Below, in pieces: positions 1-13,217 of a stretch of 64,000 nt of DNA. The notes under the pieces are model-generated. The model had not been told where the DNA came from. It did no database searches and saw only the letters and a list, made by a program, of their open reading frames with translations. The stretch comes from Octopus vulgaris (lineage: Eukaryota): positions 84,382,001 through 84,446,000 of the forward strand of contig OX597816.1 of NCBI GenBank assembly GCA_951406725.2, written 5' to 3'. The position numbers and the translations under genes are program-made. Position 1 is the stretch's first letter; each line of letters starts with the position of its first letter.

Positions 1-47
<47 letters not shown>

Positions 48-78
48 GTATGTCTATCTATCTATCTATCTATCTATC
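1..78. repeat. (TCTA)n microsatellite, left flank of Tx1-like insertion
   Basis: Direct tetranucleotide repeat. Confidence 0.95.
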
Positions 79-820
79 TGGCTCGAGAAACACGGGGCCG
101 ACCTGCCCGAGATGCGGTCAGAGCGACGAAACCGTTCTGCACGCACTCGTTCAGTGTCCAACAATTTCCGACCTGTGGGCTTATGTCGAACAACTGCTGT
201 CACGTGTGGGACGAGTCGGTTTATCAGCTGAGTCTATCGTCAATATTGTCACGCCTCCTTCCTTCAAACGGGAAGGAAGAGCTATTTTCATCATCCTTGT
301 GGCTATGGCGAAAGAATGTATCTGGTGGACGCGTCTGAAAGGATTGGAGACAAACACTTTCCTCTCTGGTCAATCTCTCATCAACTTCTTCAAGTACCAC
401 TTGAAAAGGAAAGTGAGAGTAGAGAGGCAAGTTTTGTCTAGCGAATGTTTTAAAAAAAGATGGGTGAATGTAGCAAGAATGGCACGTATGAATGACGAAG
501 CCACCTTGAGCATAGTCCTATGAACCCAGAAATCGAAAACAGAGAGTTGCTTATTTGCAAAAAAAAAAAAAAAAAAAAAAGAAATATAAAATGTGACTTC
601 ATTGACCGAGGTTCCCGTGGTCTTTTCCGTAGGCTTTTCTTTCCACGGGTAAACCTCACCTGTCCTCCCCTTTACACTTCATATTGACATTTCTGTGATA
701 ACGATCCCTATTGATCAATTTTTTTTTTTTTTTTTTTTTTTTCCTCTCCCCTTTTTTTAACCCCCCTTTTTTTTGTCCTCCTTCTCTCCTTTTACGATCC
801 CTTTTGATCGAAACTCCCCC

Positions 821-855
<35 letters not shown>

Positions 856-926
856 ATTCAAAAGAAAAGCTCTACCTTGTAATTTGTTCTATCTGTGTGC
901 AGCCCTGTGTGGCTAATAAAGAAACA
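79..926 (+). mobile_element. 5'-truncated L1/Tx1-clade non-LTR retrotransposon (ORF2 C-terminus plus 3' UTR)
   Basis: ORF ending at 523 has CPRCGQSDETVLHALVQC (zf-RVT type CxxC..ET..H....C). T-rich 3' UTR and AATAAA at 915-920, directly followed by (TATC)n. Confidence 0.85.
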
Positions 927-957
<31 letters not shown>

Positions 958-961
958 ATAT

Positions 962-993
<32 letters not shown>

Positions 994-1004
994 GTATCTG
1001 TATG

Positions 1005-1079
<75 letters not shown>

Positions 1080-1100
1080 CTCTGTCTGTCTGTCTGTCTA
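927..1100. repeat. (TCTA)n microsatellite, right flank of Tx1-like insertion
   Basis: Direct tetranucleotide repeat. Confidence 0.95.
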
Positions 1101-1344
1101 ACTACCTATATCTATAACTATGTATATATATTTGTATAATAAATTATTTACAAATCAATAGCTGTACAAGGTTAGCTCCTCACATACAAAATGATTTTCC
1201 TTACATATACAATGTATGGAAGACTGACCCTAGATAAAGCTCGATTTGTATGATCATTAAATAATAAATAAATTTAATATATATACGTTGTATGTTATCA
1301 ATTAAGGCACTAAGTCTAAGTTTCGTGAATTTACCATCCTTAAA

Positions 1345-1461
1345 GCGATATGAATAAGGATTGTCTGTTAAGATTCTCACCATATCGTCATGGATTTCTG
1401 ATGGAGTCATACCTTTCAAATGAAGGTACTTTATGACAGCACAATACTCAGTTTTCTCCAT
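1345..1461 (-). mobile_element. Mariner transposase N-terminal HTH remnant
   Basis: MEKTEYCAVIKYLHLKGMTPSEIHDDMVRILTDNPYSY resembles the mariner N-terminal R.VIKFL...G....EIH..M motif; similarity is then lost. Confidence 0.75.
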
Positions 1462-1637
1462 TTTCCCTGTAACTTCAACACTTGTTTATTCAAAAATCTG
1501 TAAAGAATACAATTAAAATATCAGAATCAGGAAAATGAGCATGAATACTCCGAAAAGACTGTACTTACCAGGGAGTATATACATATATTTATGTATGTAT
1601 GTATATATGTATATAATATATATATATATATATATAT

Positions 1638-1805
1638 AAGGAGAGTTTACGAAAAAAAAACAAAAGACGGAGACAGTTGGTGTACAAAACAAACAGATGT
1701 ATTAGTACAACGCTCAGGAATAGAAAAAGTCTTTTACGTTTCGAGCCTACGCTCTTCTACAGAAAGGGGCACAGATATAAAAACAAGCAGAGAAACAAGG
1801 AAATA
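1638..1805 (-). mobile_element. Penelope-like terminal repeat fragment with minimal HHR-like motif (1729-1768)
   Basis: Minus strand reads CUUU-CUGUAGA-A-GAGC/GUAG/GCUC-GAAA-CG-UA-AAAG. Homologous to 6540-6705, which overlaps the end of the GIY-YIG element at 18185. Flanked by (TA)n. Confidence 0.7.
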
Positions 1806-1816
1806 TGTATACATAC

Positions 1817-1880
<64 letters not shown>

Positions 1881-3201
1881 ATATTCATATGTATGTATAC
1901 ATATCCACATACATATACATATATAGATCCATATATTTACATGCATACATTTGCGTTTCGATGTGGAAGCAAAAAACAAAAAGAAGAAAAAAACAGGTCA
2001 TAAACTAGATTTTGTGCTATTCATTAACAACGAGCGATTCGCTCATTCGCTAATCATACTTTCTGATGGGAGGCTTCGAGTGACAAAACGGCGAATCGAC
2101 TTCCTGTTTCATGTGTATATGTATACACATATACGCATGTGTTTAAGTGCATGTATATAAACACATATATATATACTTATATATGTGTGTGTGTGCTTGT
2201 ATATGTATGTATATATTCATGTATTTATGTATGTACACATTCATATTAAGAGAAGGGTGTGGAGAACGTGTGATTCATGGTTAAGGCAGACGAACAGGGC
2301 AAAAAAAAGTGATACTAAGAATGTAAGGAAATCACAATACTGTTCAGTGTCATTGTTTGTTTTTGCTTTTCTATTTTACAGCTTTCAGCCGTTGCAACAT
2401 ATACTAGAAAAACATCAACAAAAACACAAACAACAACAAACGCAAAACCAACGACAACAGCACCAACACCATCACCACCACCAATAATAATAAGGAAAAC
2501 AGACAAAACTGAGGTTTCTCATTAATTTCTTCAGTGATTCCATTGGATGGTGTGGAGGTCGTAGTTTGTATACCGATACCTTAGCTTCCTCTTTCTCTCC
2601 CTCCCTCGTTGTCTCTTCCTCCCTTTCTCTCACGCCGTTGAAAACACTCGCAAAGATATACTAATTCATAGATACAGACAGATATACAAAGAACCTGATA
2701 TATGAAATTTACAACTAGTCAGAAAATTTATCAAAGGAAAGTAAACTGGACTTTTAAAGATCTTAAATGTGTATACTACAGATTTTTCACACCGACTTCT
2801 TATTCTTCAACACCTTTAAAAATGCTTTCTGATATTTTCCCCTGTGTTTTTCAGTTTATTTGTTTATTGTAATAGTCTCAGTGCTTTTTTTTTTCAATAA
2901 TTGCCATTTATATTTATTTGTGTTGTTATTTTGTTTATCTTTTATTGATGAGAAAATTAGTCTTGTTATGTTTTTAGCTGGAAATTAAAGGTAAAAGTCG
3001 TTGTTTCAGTAAACTGACCCACCTTTCCAGAACTTATATACGGACCACGGTCACGTTTTCACGCGCGCGCGCCAGCACGCTCACACACACACACACACAC
3101 ACACAACATACACTCACAGAAACTCACAGACAGACAAGAATACTCTAACCATCCACACATTTATACACACACACAAATGTATGTATGAAAATATTTGACA
3201 G

Positions 3202-3236
<35 letters not shown>

Positions 3237-3984
3237 TTGTTGTGTTTGTGTGCGCGCGTATGCTGCTTATGGATTCGAAAACTCAGTTGCCGATTTTGAC
3301 GTATGAGGTATCAAAAGATTCATAAATCTCTAAGCTACAAAATAAAGTATGTCTTTTGCACAACTCTTTTTTACTATAAAAATTAAACTCGAAAACGAGG
3401 TCGGGTCGCACAATTTTGAGGTCTTTAGATAAGGGAGGCAACTCTGACTGAACAATCCCTATGAGAAAATATTTAATATACATGGAGTTTTACCAGGGAA
3501 TGAAACTTCGATGATATTGCATCAAATTTATCAGTATTATTTTTTAGATAATCATTTTATATGAGATATGTTTGTCTGTGTTTTGTTTAGCCCAGAGTTG
3601 CCCTGATGTAGCAGACTCATCACATAATTTTTTTTACCTCCTGAATTACTATAAATCTTTGTCATTCTTTTCATGAAAGAGTATGTTTTAAGAGAGATTT
3701 GGCTGCTATTTGAGGTAGCTCAATTTACCACAGACACCTCTGTGTAGGTGTGTGTTTTTTTGTGTGAAAATCATTTTGCACAAAATTTTTCTAAAACATC
3801 TGGGGATCCTTTCTGCTGCTAACCATTCAACTTCAAATTAAAATGATCAATTGTTTGAAGTGATGTACACCGAGATGTACATATAGTGCCATCGTCAAGA
3901 GTGGAGCTTCAATACGAAGTAATCCATTACTTTAAATTTCAAGTTATTAAGTCTTCCAACATTATTTCACTGGGCGAGTATATA

Positions 3985-4049
<65 letters not shown>

Positions 4050-4636
4050 ACGTATATACATATATATACGAGGTATGATCAATAAGTATCCGGACTGTTG
4101 CCAAATTTTTCAAAATGATTAACCATTATGGTGATAGTCAAGAAACTGTCGCCTTGATGGGGTATCGCCTTCTAAAATTTAATTGATCATTCTGACCTCA
4201 GTATGCATTCCAATCTGGCATTTATTTCATGAATCTCTACTTGACTAACTGCTAACTTTGATTCATAGTGGGACACAGTAATCTATTTATCAAGAAATGT
4301 AAACACACACACGCACAAATATTAGGTGCAAGAATGATTGTGTGGTTGAGAAGTTTGCTTCCGACTACATGGTTCCACGTTCAGTCCCTCTGCAAGGTAC
4401 CTTGCCATGTGTTTTCTACTATAGCTCTAGGCCAACCACAGACTTATGACTGAATTTGGTAGACGGAAACTGCAATGTTTGTTAATCAGAAAACGACAGA
4501 AAATCATAGTTATAAAGAAGACCAGTTTGCTTCATACTCCTCGTGTGCCGATTCTGCCTTTAAGAGAGGAGCAAATAATCAAATAACAGAATGCGGGTGG
4601 TAGGCCATAACACCCGCACAACACTGGGATGCATTG

Positions 4637-4673
<37 letters not shown>

Positions 4674-4737
4674 GATTATTAGGCACATACATATGAGCAT
4701 ACATATACAGGTATAGGTATATGCCTCTATATAAACA

Positions 4738-4773
<36 letters not shown>

Positions 4774-4789
4774 TATATTTTTTATTTTA

Positions 4790-5262
4790 ATTTATTTTAA
4801 GTAATTTCAGCTCAAGAGCTGTGGCCATGCTGGGGCACCGTCATTTGCTGTTGCTATATGATTTTACTTCACGAATGCTTTTTAGCAATTGCTATTTGGT
4901 GCATGACAGAGTTCGATGCAGCTGCCCTCATCTGCACCTCCTGCCGTGAAGTTTGGTTCATCTGGGATACCTGACAGGAAGAGATCCAGTTTTATTTTAA
5001 ACACATCTGCATCCACCCCATGCAGGTCTCTCAGGTCCTTCGGGAGGATATTGAAGAGCTGTGGGCCTCTGAAGCCCAGGCTATCACAGTATCTTGTCCT
5101 ACATCTTGATGGCAAATTTGGAGTCCTTGGCACCATGCAGTGGCGCCAAGTTCTAGTATTTGTGTAACTCTCGATGCCAAAGTTTGGGACAAGTCCTTCC
5201 AGGATCTTCCAGATGTATATTATGGCATATCTTTCTCGCCTACTCTCTAAGGAATAGAGCGT
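4790..5262 (-). mobile_element. CR1/L2-group LINE 3' end
   Basis: [26 protein letters not shown]...GPQLFNILPKDLR...FKIKLDLFLSGIPDEP is a typical CR1/L2-group ORF2 C-terminus. Second copy at 60770-61182. Confidence 0.85.
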
Positions 5263-5277
5263 ATAGAATATATATAC

Positions 5278-5348
<71 letters not shown>

Positions 5349-5547
5349 TACATACATATATACATATACATACAAGTGTGTATGTATATATCAATAAATA
5401 TTCATATATTCATATGTATAAGCATATAAGCATATATGAAACACATTTCTTGTACATATTACATGTGTGTGTGTTTGTGTGCGTGTGTATGTATTTATGT
5501 TTGTCTGTATGCGTGTATGTGTGTATGTATGTCTTTTTGTATATATG

Positions 5548-5581
<34 letters not shown>

Positions 5582-6061
5582 TGTATGTATGTATGTATGT
5601 ATGTACGTATGTATGTATGTATGTATGTATGTATGCATGTATGTATATATGTATGTATGTAGGAATACATGTCATTAGCGAAATATGCACGTCTAAGTTC
5701 AACCAGTTAATTAATGCCATGCAGATGGTTCGTTTCATTTACCGGTTTACGTTCCTCATAAACTTCAACGAATTTTCTCCATACCATATTACTTTCATAA
5801 AGTTTATATTGCTGTTGGTGTAGGCTTTCTTATTTTTCTATCTATTGTCTTCTTTGTCTCTCTCTCTCTCTCTCTCTCTCACCTCATTCCTTCACTATTT
5901 GTTTTTTCACATACATACATACATATATATATATTTACGCACGCACACACACACACACGCACGCACGCACGTGCACACACACACACACACACACACACAA
6001 ATATATATATACACATACATACATACTACAGACATATATATATATATAAACTTTCATTTTC

Positions 6062-6293
6062 ATTCTTTATTCTTGTACTTGTTTCAGTCATTTGACTGCG
6101 GCCATGTTGGAGCACCACCTTTAGTCAAACAAATCGACCCCAGGACTTATTCTTTGTTAGCCTAGTACTTATTCTATCGACTTCCTTTTCCGAACCGCTT
6201 AGTTACAGTGACATAAGCACACCAACATCGGTTGTCATGCGATTGTGTGGGGATCAAACACAGACACTGACACACAAATAATACATACATACG

Positions 6294-6358
<65 letters not shown>

Positions 6359-6495
6359 GTACATACGACGAGCTTCTTTCAGTTTCCGTCTACCAAATCT
6401 ACTCACAAAGATCTGATCAGCCGGAGGCCATTGCCTAAGGCGCTACGCAGTGGAGCGGAACCCGAGACCATATGGTTGGGAAGCAAGCGTCTTAC
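6062..6495 (-). mobile_element. tRNA-derived SINE family A (CORE-like middle, internal microsatellite, LINE-like tail)
   Basis: Homologous to 47617-47980 and 48895-49290; partial copies near 4325, 6920, 7460, 8935, 40185, 42120 and 43175. Confidence 0.8.
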
Positions 6496-6539
6496 CTCGT
6501 GTGTATGTGTGTGTATGTGTGTGTGTGCGCGTATGTGTG

Positions 6540-6705
6540 AGAAAGAAGACAGGTGGTGTAGAAAACAAACAGATGTATTAATATAACACTCAGGAATTGA
6601 AAAAGTCCTTTACGTTTCGAGCCTACACTCTTCTACAGAAAGGAACACAGAAAGAAACTAGGAGAGAAAAATATGTTTGTAGTGGCTACCGATCTATCAT
6701 GGTGA
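6540..6705 (-). mobile_element. Penelope-like terminal repeat fragment with HHR-like motif (6605-6644)
   Basis: Second copy of 1638-1805; GAGU/GCUC stem II, GAAACGUA. Confidence 0.7.
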
Positions 6706-6778
6706 CGTAAAATGGCGGTGCCCCAGCATGGCCACAGCTCATAAGCTGAAACTGGAAAAATCAAAAAATCAAATCAAA

Positions 6779-6820
<42 letters not shown>

Positions 6821-7141
6821 TATATATATATACACACATATGTATATATATATACATACGAAGGCATATTTCATACATCTATATGTTTGTATGTATATGC
6901 TGGTCTGTCTGTGAGTTTGTGCTTTTGCGTTTGTCATCACTTGACAACCGGTATTAATGCGTTTCCGTGCTCGTAACTTAGCGGTCCGGCAAAGAGATCA
7001 TAGAATAAGTGCTAGAGCTTACAAAGAAGTCCTGGGGTTGATTGCTTCAACTAAAAAAGAAACTCTTAAGGCGGTGTTCCATCATGTCGGCAGTTTTTCA
7101 AATAAAAGAATACAGATGGAAACTGAAATGAAGCCCGTCGT

Positions 7142-7217
<76 letters not shown>

Positions 7218-7260
7218 GAGTAAACACATAAATGTGAAACAAGGTGGAAAAAGAGTACTC

Positions 7261-7306
7261 AAAGCTGTCCGACGAACGGGAACGTGAAACTCCGAGTAAC
7301 AGCTTT
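7261..7306 (+). ncRNA. Type I hammerhead ribozyme motif (U4C core variant)
   Basis: AAAGCUGU-CCGACGA-ACG/GGAA/CGU-GAAA-CUCCGAG-UA-ACAGCUUU: 8-bp stem I, 3-bp stem II, quasi-palindromic stem III, GUA cleavage triplet. Confidence 0.75.
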
Positions 7307-7354
7307 TGTTAAATTTCTGCTGCTTTTAAATAAAGTATATATATATGTAATATA

Positions 7355-7422
<68 letters not shown>

Positions 7423-8689
7423 GTGTGTGTGTGTATATATAAGGATGTATGTATGTGTGTGTCTGTGTCTTTGTGTGTGTGCTTGCCCGCCTACAACCTC
7501 GCTTAACAACCAATGTTGGTGTATTTACGTCCTTGCAACGTAGCGGTTCGGCGAAAGAGATCACAAGAATAAGTACCAGGGTTACAAAGTATAATGATTG
7601 AAACAAATAAAAGAATATATATGTATATGAAATAATATCATTATGGAGGCAACACAGGCGAAGTCTAAAAGAACGTAATTGAAATACGAACCTAAAACTC
7701 ATATAAATTGAAATAAAATTCTAAAACACTCAAATATATATAAGTAGACAATATTAATGCAATGTATAAAATATGATTGAATTTTAATTTCATCATACAA
7801 TGTACGATTTTACATGTAGTGACAAGTGATATTTTCTTAAATTTAGTCGTTTGTATTTAAATTCATGTGTTATGCATTGCATTGATATTGTCTATTTATA
7901 TATATTTGTGTAGTTTGGAATTTTATTTCCATTTTATAGCGAATATATGTATTTCATATAAGTATTTCAATTATGTTTCAATTATTTAGACTTCGCCTCC
8001 TTAACAATATTATTTCTAACATAGCTATTTATATATATATAAATTTCGAAGGTAGGGACAAGACGCGACTTCTTTAAAACAATACTTCCCGCAAAGCAAA
8101 TTAAATAATATTTGGGATTTTTTGCAGAGGGTGAAAGTGCTAACAAAAACAGGACAGTAAGAACAAAACAGTAAAAACAAATGGTGAGGGCTGTTAAGCC
8201 ATAACGAGGTGAAGTGGTGAACGCTGGAAAAACGAACTTTGAGAAAAGACAGGCAAAAGCACGTCTTGTATCTAAGTAGGAAGTGGAAGAAAGAAAGATG
8301 GATAGCCGTTGTTCACGTGTGAGCGACGAGAGAGTCAAGGAAGAAGAGTGAAAGAGAGAGGGAAAACGGTGAGGGGGAGAGGAAAAGAATTAGAGAAAGA
8401 GTGGGAGAGAAAAACAGAAAGGAAGAAGAACAAGAGAGGGAGATAGAATAGAGATAGGTTGTAGATGCGCATCGGAATTATTTAGATAAAACTTACTTGG
8501 AAATTGATGCGTGGCTTTCGATCATGTAATATTATAAATAATATATATATACACATACATGTACATGCTTACATATTTATATGTATATATACATGCATAT
8601 ATGGGTAAATGACGTCAAAAAACGTGAACAAAATGAGAAGCGAGAACATAAAAAACAAAATCAAGGAATATATATATATATATATATAT

Positions 8690-8880
8690 ATTTATTTTAT
8701 AGAAGGAGCTTCTACAGGACTAGAACTGTTTCATTCAAAAGAAATCAGGAAGCCTGATGATTTCTTTTGAATGAAACAGTTCTAGTCCTGTAGAAGCTCC
8801 TTCTATAAAATAAATCAATTTACTCTGTTATGTATTGAGTACCTTATTTACTGTGGTTAACCCCGACTCAACCCTGGACC

Positions 8881-8882
<2 letters not shown>
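8690..8882 (+). mobile_element. (TA)n-embedded element with 58-bp inverted repeat and HHR-like core
   Basis: Arms 8690-8747 and 8758-8815; CUGAUGA-U-UUC/UUUU/GAA-U-GAAA at 8754-8776; stem III imperfect. Confidence 0.65.
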
Positions 8883-8938
<56 letters not shown>

Positions 8939-10489
8939 AGGGCTTCTTTCAGTTTCCATCAACCAAATCCTCTCACAAGGCTTCAGTTGGACCGAGGCAA
9001 TAGTAGAAGGCATTTGCCCAAGGGGCCACGAAGTGTGACTGAACCCAGTACCATGTGGTTGAGAATATATCTATATTTCTAACAGCATTTCTCTAAATAT
9101 TTTTTAATCTTACTCCTCTTAAGTTATGCACTTCATTTATATCTTTTCTATTTAATTATGCCTCAAGCTTCAACCTTCGCCTCCTTCAACAGCATTATCA
9201 ACGAACTTCACACCAGTATTAATGCCTCTACTAAAACCAGCACCAAGCACCAAACACCTCAAGTGATTCAGTTCTGCGGTTGAGCATGCTTGAAATAAAA
9301 TGTCAATGACTCCTCCATGAGTATTTAACCGCTAAATTCACTGCTTAATAAAACACACCGCAAAAATATCAAGTCGGGAGCAGGAAAGGAAAGAATGAAA
9401 GAAAAAGAAAATGAAACATAAGAAGAGAGGATAAATATTAAATAAATATGTAAAAAGTTGGTGTAATAAAATATAGTATCAGATGCAAAATCCTCTTCAT
9501 GATCATACGATATTACTCACGGGTGGCATACAGATAATAAATAAATAAATAACAATAATAATAATGATATCTGATATAACCGACAGCAACAAGAGAACAT
9601 TTTTTTGCAGTGGTGTGTGTATGGAGTGTATTCAATCAAATCAAGTACTTAATGGGTACTCTTTTATACACCCGAAGAGGATGAAAAGAAAAGTCTACCC
9701 CAACGGGATTTGAACACAGAATATAGAGTAACTTAACTAAACACCTATTTTGTGTGGTGTGCTAGCATTCCTTTTATTCAAATGCATAATGATAGTAATA
9801 AACATACCAAGGAGCATCTACGTGCTCTTTTAATCTGCTAGAAATAGCAGCATAATTACACTTGGATCACATACTATTGCCTTTTAAAAAGTAAGTACAC
9901 CTCACAAGATGCTCTAAATATACCAAAAAATGGTATTCTAACGTCTTAGATTAATTGAATAAAAACACTGATCAACCAATAATAATACCATCAACAATAA
10001 TAATAATACCAACAACGACAATAAAATTATTATGAATTACTAAAAAGTCATGTGGAGCCAATAGCTATGCATTGCATTACGGTGGAATAAACAAGGAAGA
10101 CTCGAACATATCGAACCCATTACATGAATAGCGTTTGGTGTTATTGATTTCCTGAGGACGAAAGAGAACGACGCTGGGTACAGGATGCTGCCGAGTCTGC
10201 TGATAGCCATCTTCAAAGAACACAGCAATAAAGTCATTAATTAGAAACAATTCTATGAAATTTAATCACAAGATCGGTAATTTTCAGTGTGAGTCGATAA
10301 CATCCACTTCAAGTTTAAACCGATACTTTATTTTATCAACTCCTGGTATGATAAAAGGGAAAGTTGTCTTCGGCCACAATTTAAGGAGAAGAAATAAGTA
10401 TTCGAAGGCAGTCTGCTTGATACTCTACCGGTTCTCTTAATTCGCCACCCTAAAATGCTGTAGTTATAATAACTAAAAAAAAAATAAAT

Positions 10490-10737
10490 GTTCCTTCTCG
10501 AGCCATGCCAGGCTCATACGGGCCGGTTTCCTGGTTTCAGTGGCGCAGAAATTCCCCACTTGGACGGGGTGCCGGTCCGTCGCAGGATTACTCATTTTTG
10601 CCAACTGAATGGACTGGAGCAACGTGAAATGAAGTGTTTTGCTCAAGAATACAACGCATCGCCCGGTCTAGGTATCGGAACCACAACCTTGCGATCATTT
10701 GTTCAACACCCTAACCTCAAAGTCACGCGCCTCCACG
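10490..10737 (-). mobile_element. tRNA-headed CORE-type SINE (family C)
   Basis: A/B-box-like head plus CTTGAGCAAAACACTT...TTGCTCCAGTCCA CORE-like block; related to 17315-17640, about 57700-57880 and about 62780-62905. Confidence 0.75.
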
Positions 10738-11199
10738 TAATTATAATAAATGTAATAATTCTACTTTTTCCATATGGCCTAGAGTTTTGAGGGGTGGGGG
10801 AATTCGATTACATTGACTGTAGTACTTTAAGTGGTACGTTATTTTATCGTACGAAGGACATAGTTGATCACGGTGGGATTTGAAATCTAAAGGTAAAGAA
10901 TTTGTACAAATGTTACTGAGTACTTTGTCCGATGCGCAAATGATTCTTCTGTTTCACCACCTTAACAAATATAACAATACCTTCAAATTTTGTCACAAGG
11001 TCAACAATTTCGAAGGAGAAAGCAAGTTGATTATGTCGAGCCCAGTGTTCAACTCATACTTATTTTATCGACTCCTAAAGGATAAAAAGCAAAGCTGTCC
11101 TCAGCGGAATTCGAACTCAGAACATAAAGACGCACGAATTGCCGCTAAGAATTTTGCGTGCTAACGATTCTGCCAGCTCGCCGCCTTCTTAGTAAATAT

Positions 11200-11746
11200 A
11201 TTTCTTTCTAATATAGACACACCGTCTGAAATAACATTTACACCGAGTGTTTCACAGGTACTTATTTTATCGACTCCGAAATGGTGAAAGGCCAAAAATC
11301 GACCTCTGTGGAAGTTTAACTCAGCATGTTGCGACAAACGAAGTACCTATTTCTTTACTACTCACAAGGGGCTAAACACAGAGAGGACGGATTAAGTCGA
11401 TTATATCGACCCCAGTGAGTAACTGGTACTTATTTAATCGACCCCGAAAGGATGAAAGGCAAATTCGACCTCGGTGGAATTTGAACTCAGAACGTAGCGT
11501 CAGACGAAATATCTATTTCTTTACTACCCACACGGGGCTAAACACAGAGAGGATAAACAAGGACAGACAAACGGATTAAGTCGATTATATCGACCCCAGT
11601 GCCTAACTGGTACTTATTTAATCGACCCCGAAAGGATGAAAGGCAAAGTCGACCTCGGCGGAATTTGATCTCAGAACGTAGCGGCAGACGAAATACCGCT
11701 AAGCATTTCGCCCGGCGTGCTAACGATTCTGCCAACTCGCCGCCTT
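11200..11746 (-). mobile_element. SINE family B (Nin-domain-like) with internal tandem duplication
   Basis: Head GGCGGCGAGTTGGCAGAATCGTTAGCACGCC; GACTTTGCCTTTCATCCTTTCGGGGTCGAT domain repeated about three times; further copies at 10270-11190 and 11770-11960. Confidence 0.8.
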
Positions 11747-12458
11747 TGTTGCAGCTGATATTAATGATTTCAAATTTTGGTGCAAGGCCAGCAATTTCGT
11801 GGGAGATGAAAGCCAATTTCAACTACCCCAGTGCTGGTACTTATTTTATCGACCCGAAAGGATGAAAGACAATCTCGCCCTCGGCGGAATTTGAATTCGG
11901 ACGAAATACCCCAAGACATTTTGCCCGGCGCGGTATCGATTCCGCCAGTTTGTCGCGCTACTGCTACTGATAATAATGACATCAATCATCACCATCACCA
12001 TCAACATTATCATAATCACGATATCAAATTCATAGGCTTATTTGTATCATAACAAATCATCATCAACATGATGCGAACATAGACACACACACACATACGC
12101 ATACACATACATATGTTCACACACATACACATACATATATTCACACACATACATAGTATGCATACCTGTAAAAGAAATATATATACACGACCTGTGAATA
12201 AAGCGTGGAATATCAACTACCGATATGGGGTTCGTATATCGAATTAAAATCTGTATTTAATATCATATACACATACAACTTACATATAAACCCGCACACA
12301 GTCGCATATTCACAAAATGGCGTACGTTGTCCTAAATACGTAAATATACACACGCGGGCGCCTGCTCACTCGCGCACGCACGGACGCACGCACACACACA
12401 CGCTCACACGCTCACACACACACACACTCAAACACAAACACACGCGCGCACACACTCA

Positions 12459-12506
<48 letters not shown>

Positions 12507-12561
12507 CAACTATAATATAAACAAACTAAAACCTAAATCTTTGAAATGAATATTAGATTAC

Positions 12562-12739
12562 CTGTTCGTGGTCTACCGGGCTGTCTCGGTCTGTCTCGGG
12601 GCTCCTTTCCTTCTTTGATATATATAAGGCATAGAAGAATCATCAGAATGATGTCCCATATTTTGATTTTTTTTTTAAAATAATTTTGTTTTTGTAAACG
12701 AATCCGTTCTATGAGGTTCTCCATGATGTATTTCTCCAT
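12562..12739 (-). CDS. Candidate first coding exon of an unidentified secreted or membrane protein
   Basis: Non-repetitive ORF M...KKKIKIWDIILMILLCLIYIKEG-KEPRDRPRQPGRPRT (basic then hydrophobic stretch) ending at a phase-1 donor ACAG|GTAATC. No homology recognised. Confidence 0.3.
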
Positions 12740-12884
12740 AGGTAGCGATAACGAAGATTAAGGTCGAATATATTGATTTCACTCACAGCTCACATGCACA
12801 CTTCTTTCAATTCACAAATACACGCATTTATATCTGTTTACAGGCACACACGCGGACACAGAGACACACGGATATATATGTGTG

Positions 12885-12978
<94 letters not shown>

Positions 12979-13129
12979 CAAATATATATTTACATATATG
13001 TATGCATATGCATGCATGTATATATGTATACATGCATATATGTATATATTTGGAGAGACAGCTGCATATATATGTATGCATTTGTTGCGCGTGTGTGTGT
13101 GTATAATAATTACATACATGTATGTGTGT

Positions 13130-13217
<88 letters not shown>

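Noticed and set aside
11160-11960. Regularly repeated blocks resembling a CRISPR array
   Set aside because: Units are about 180-bp SINE segments with homologous rather than unique spacers; eukaryotic context; no cas genes
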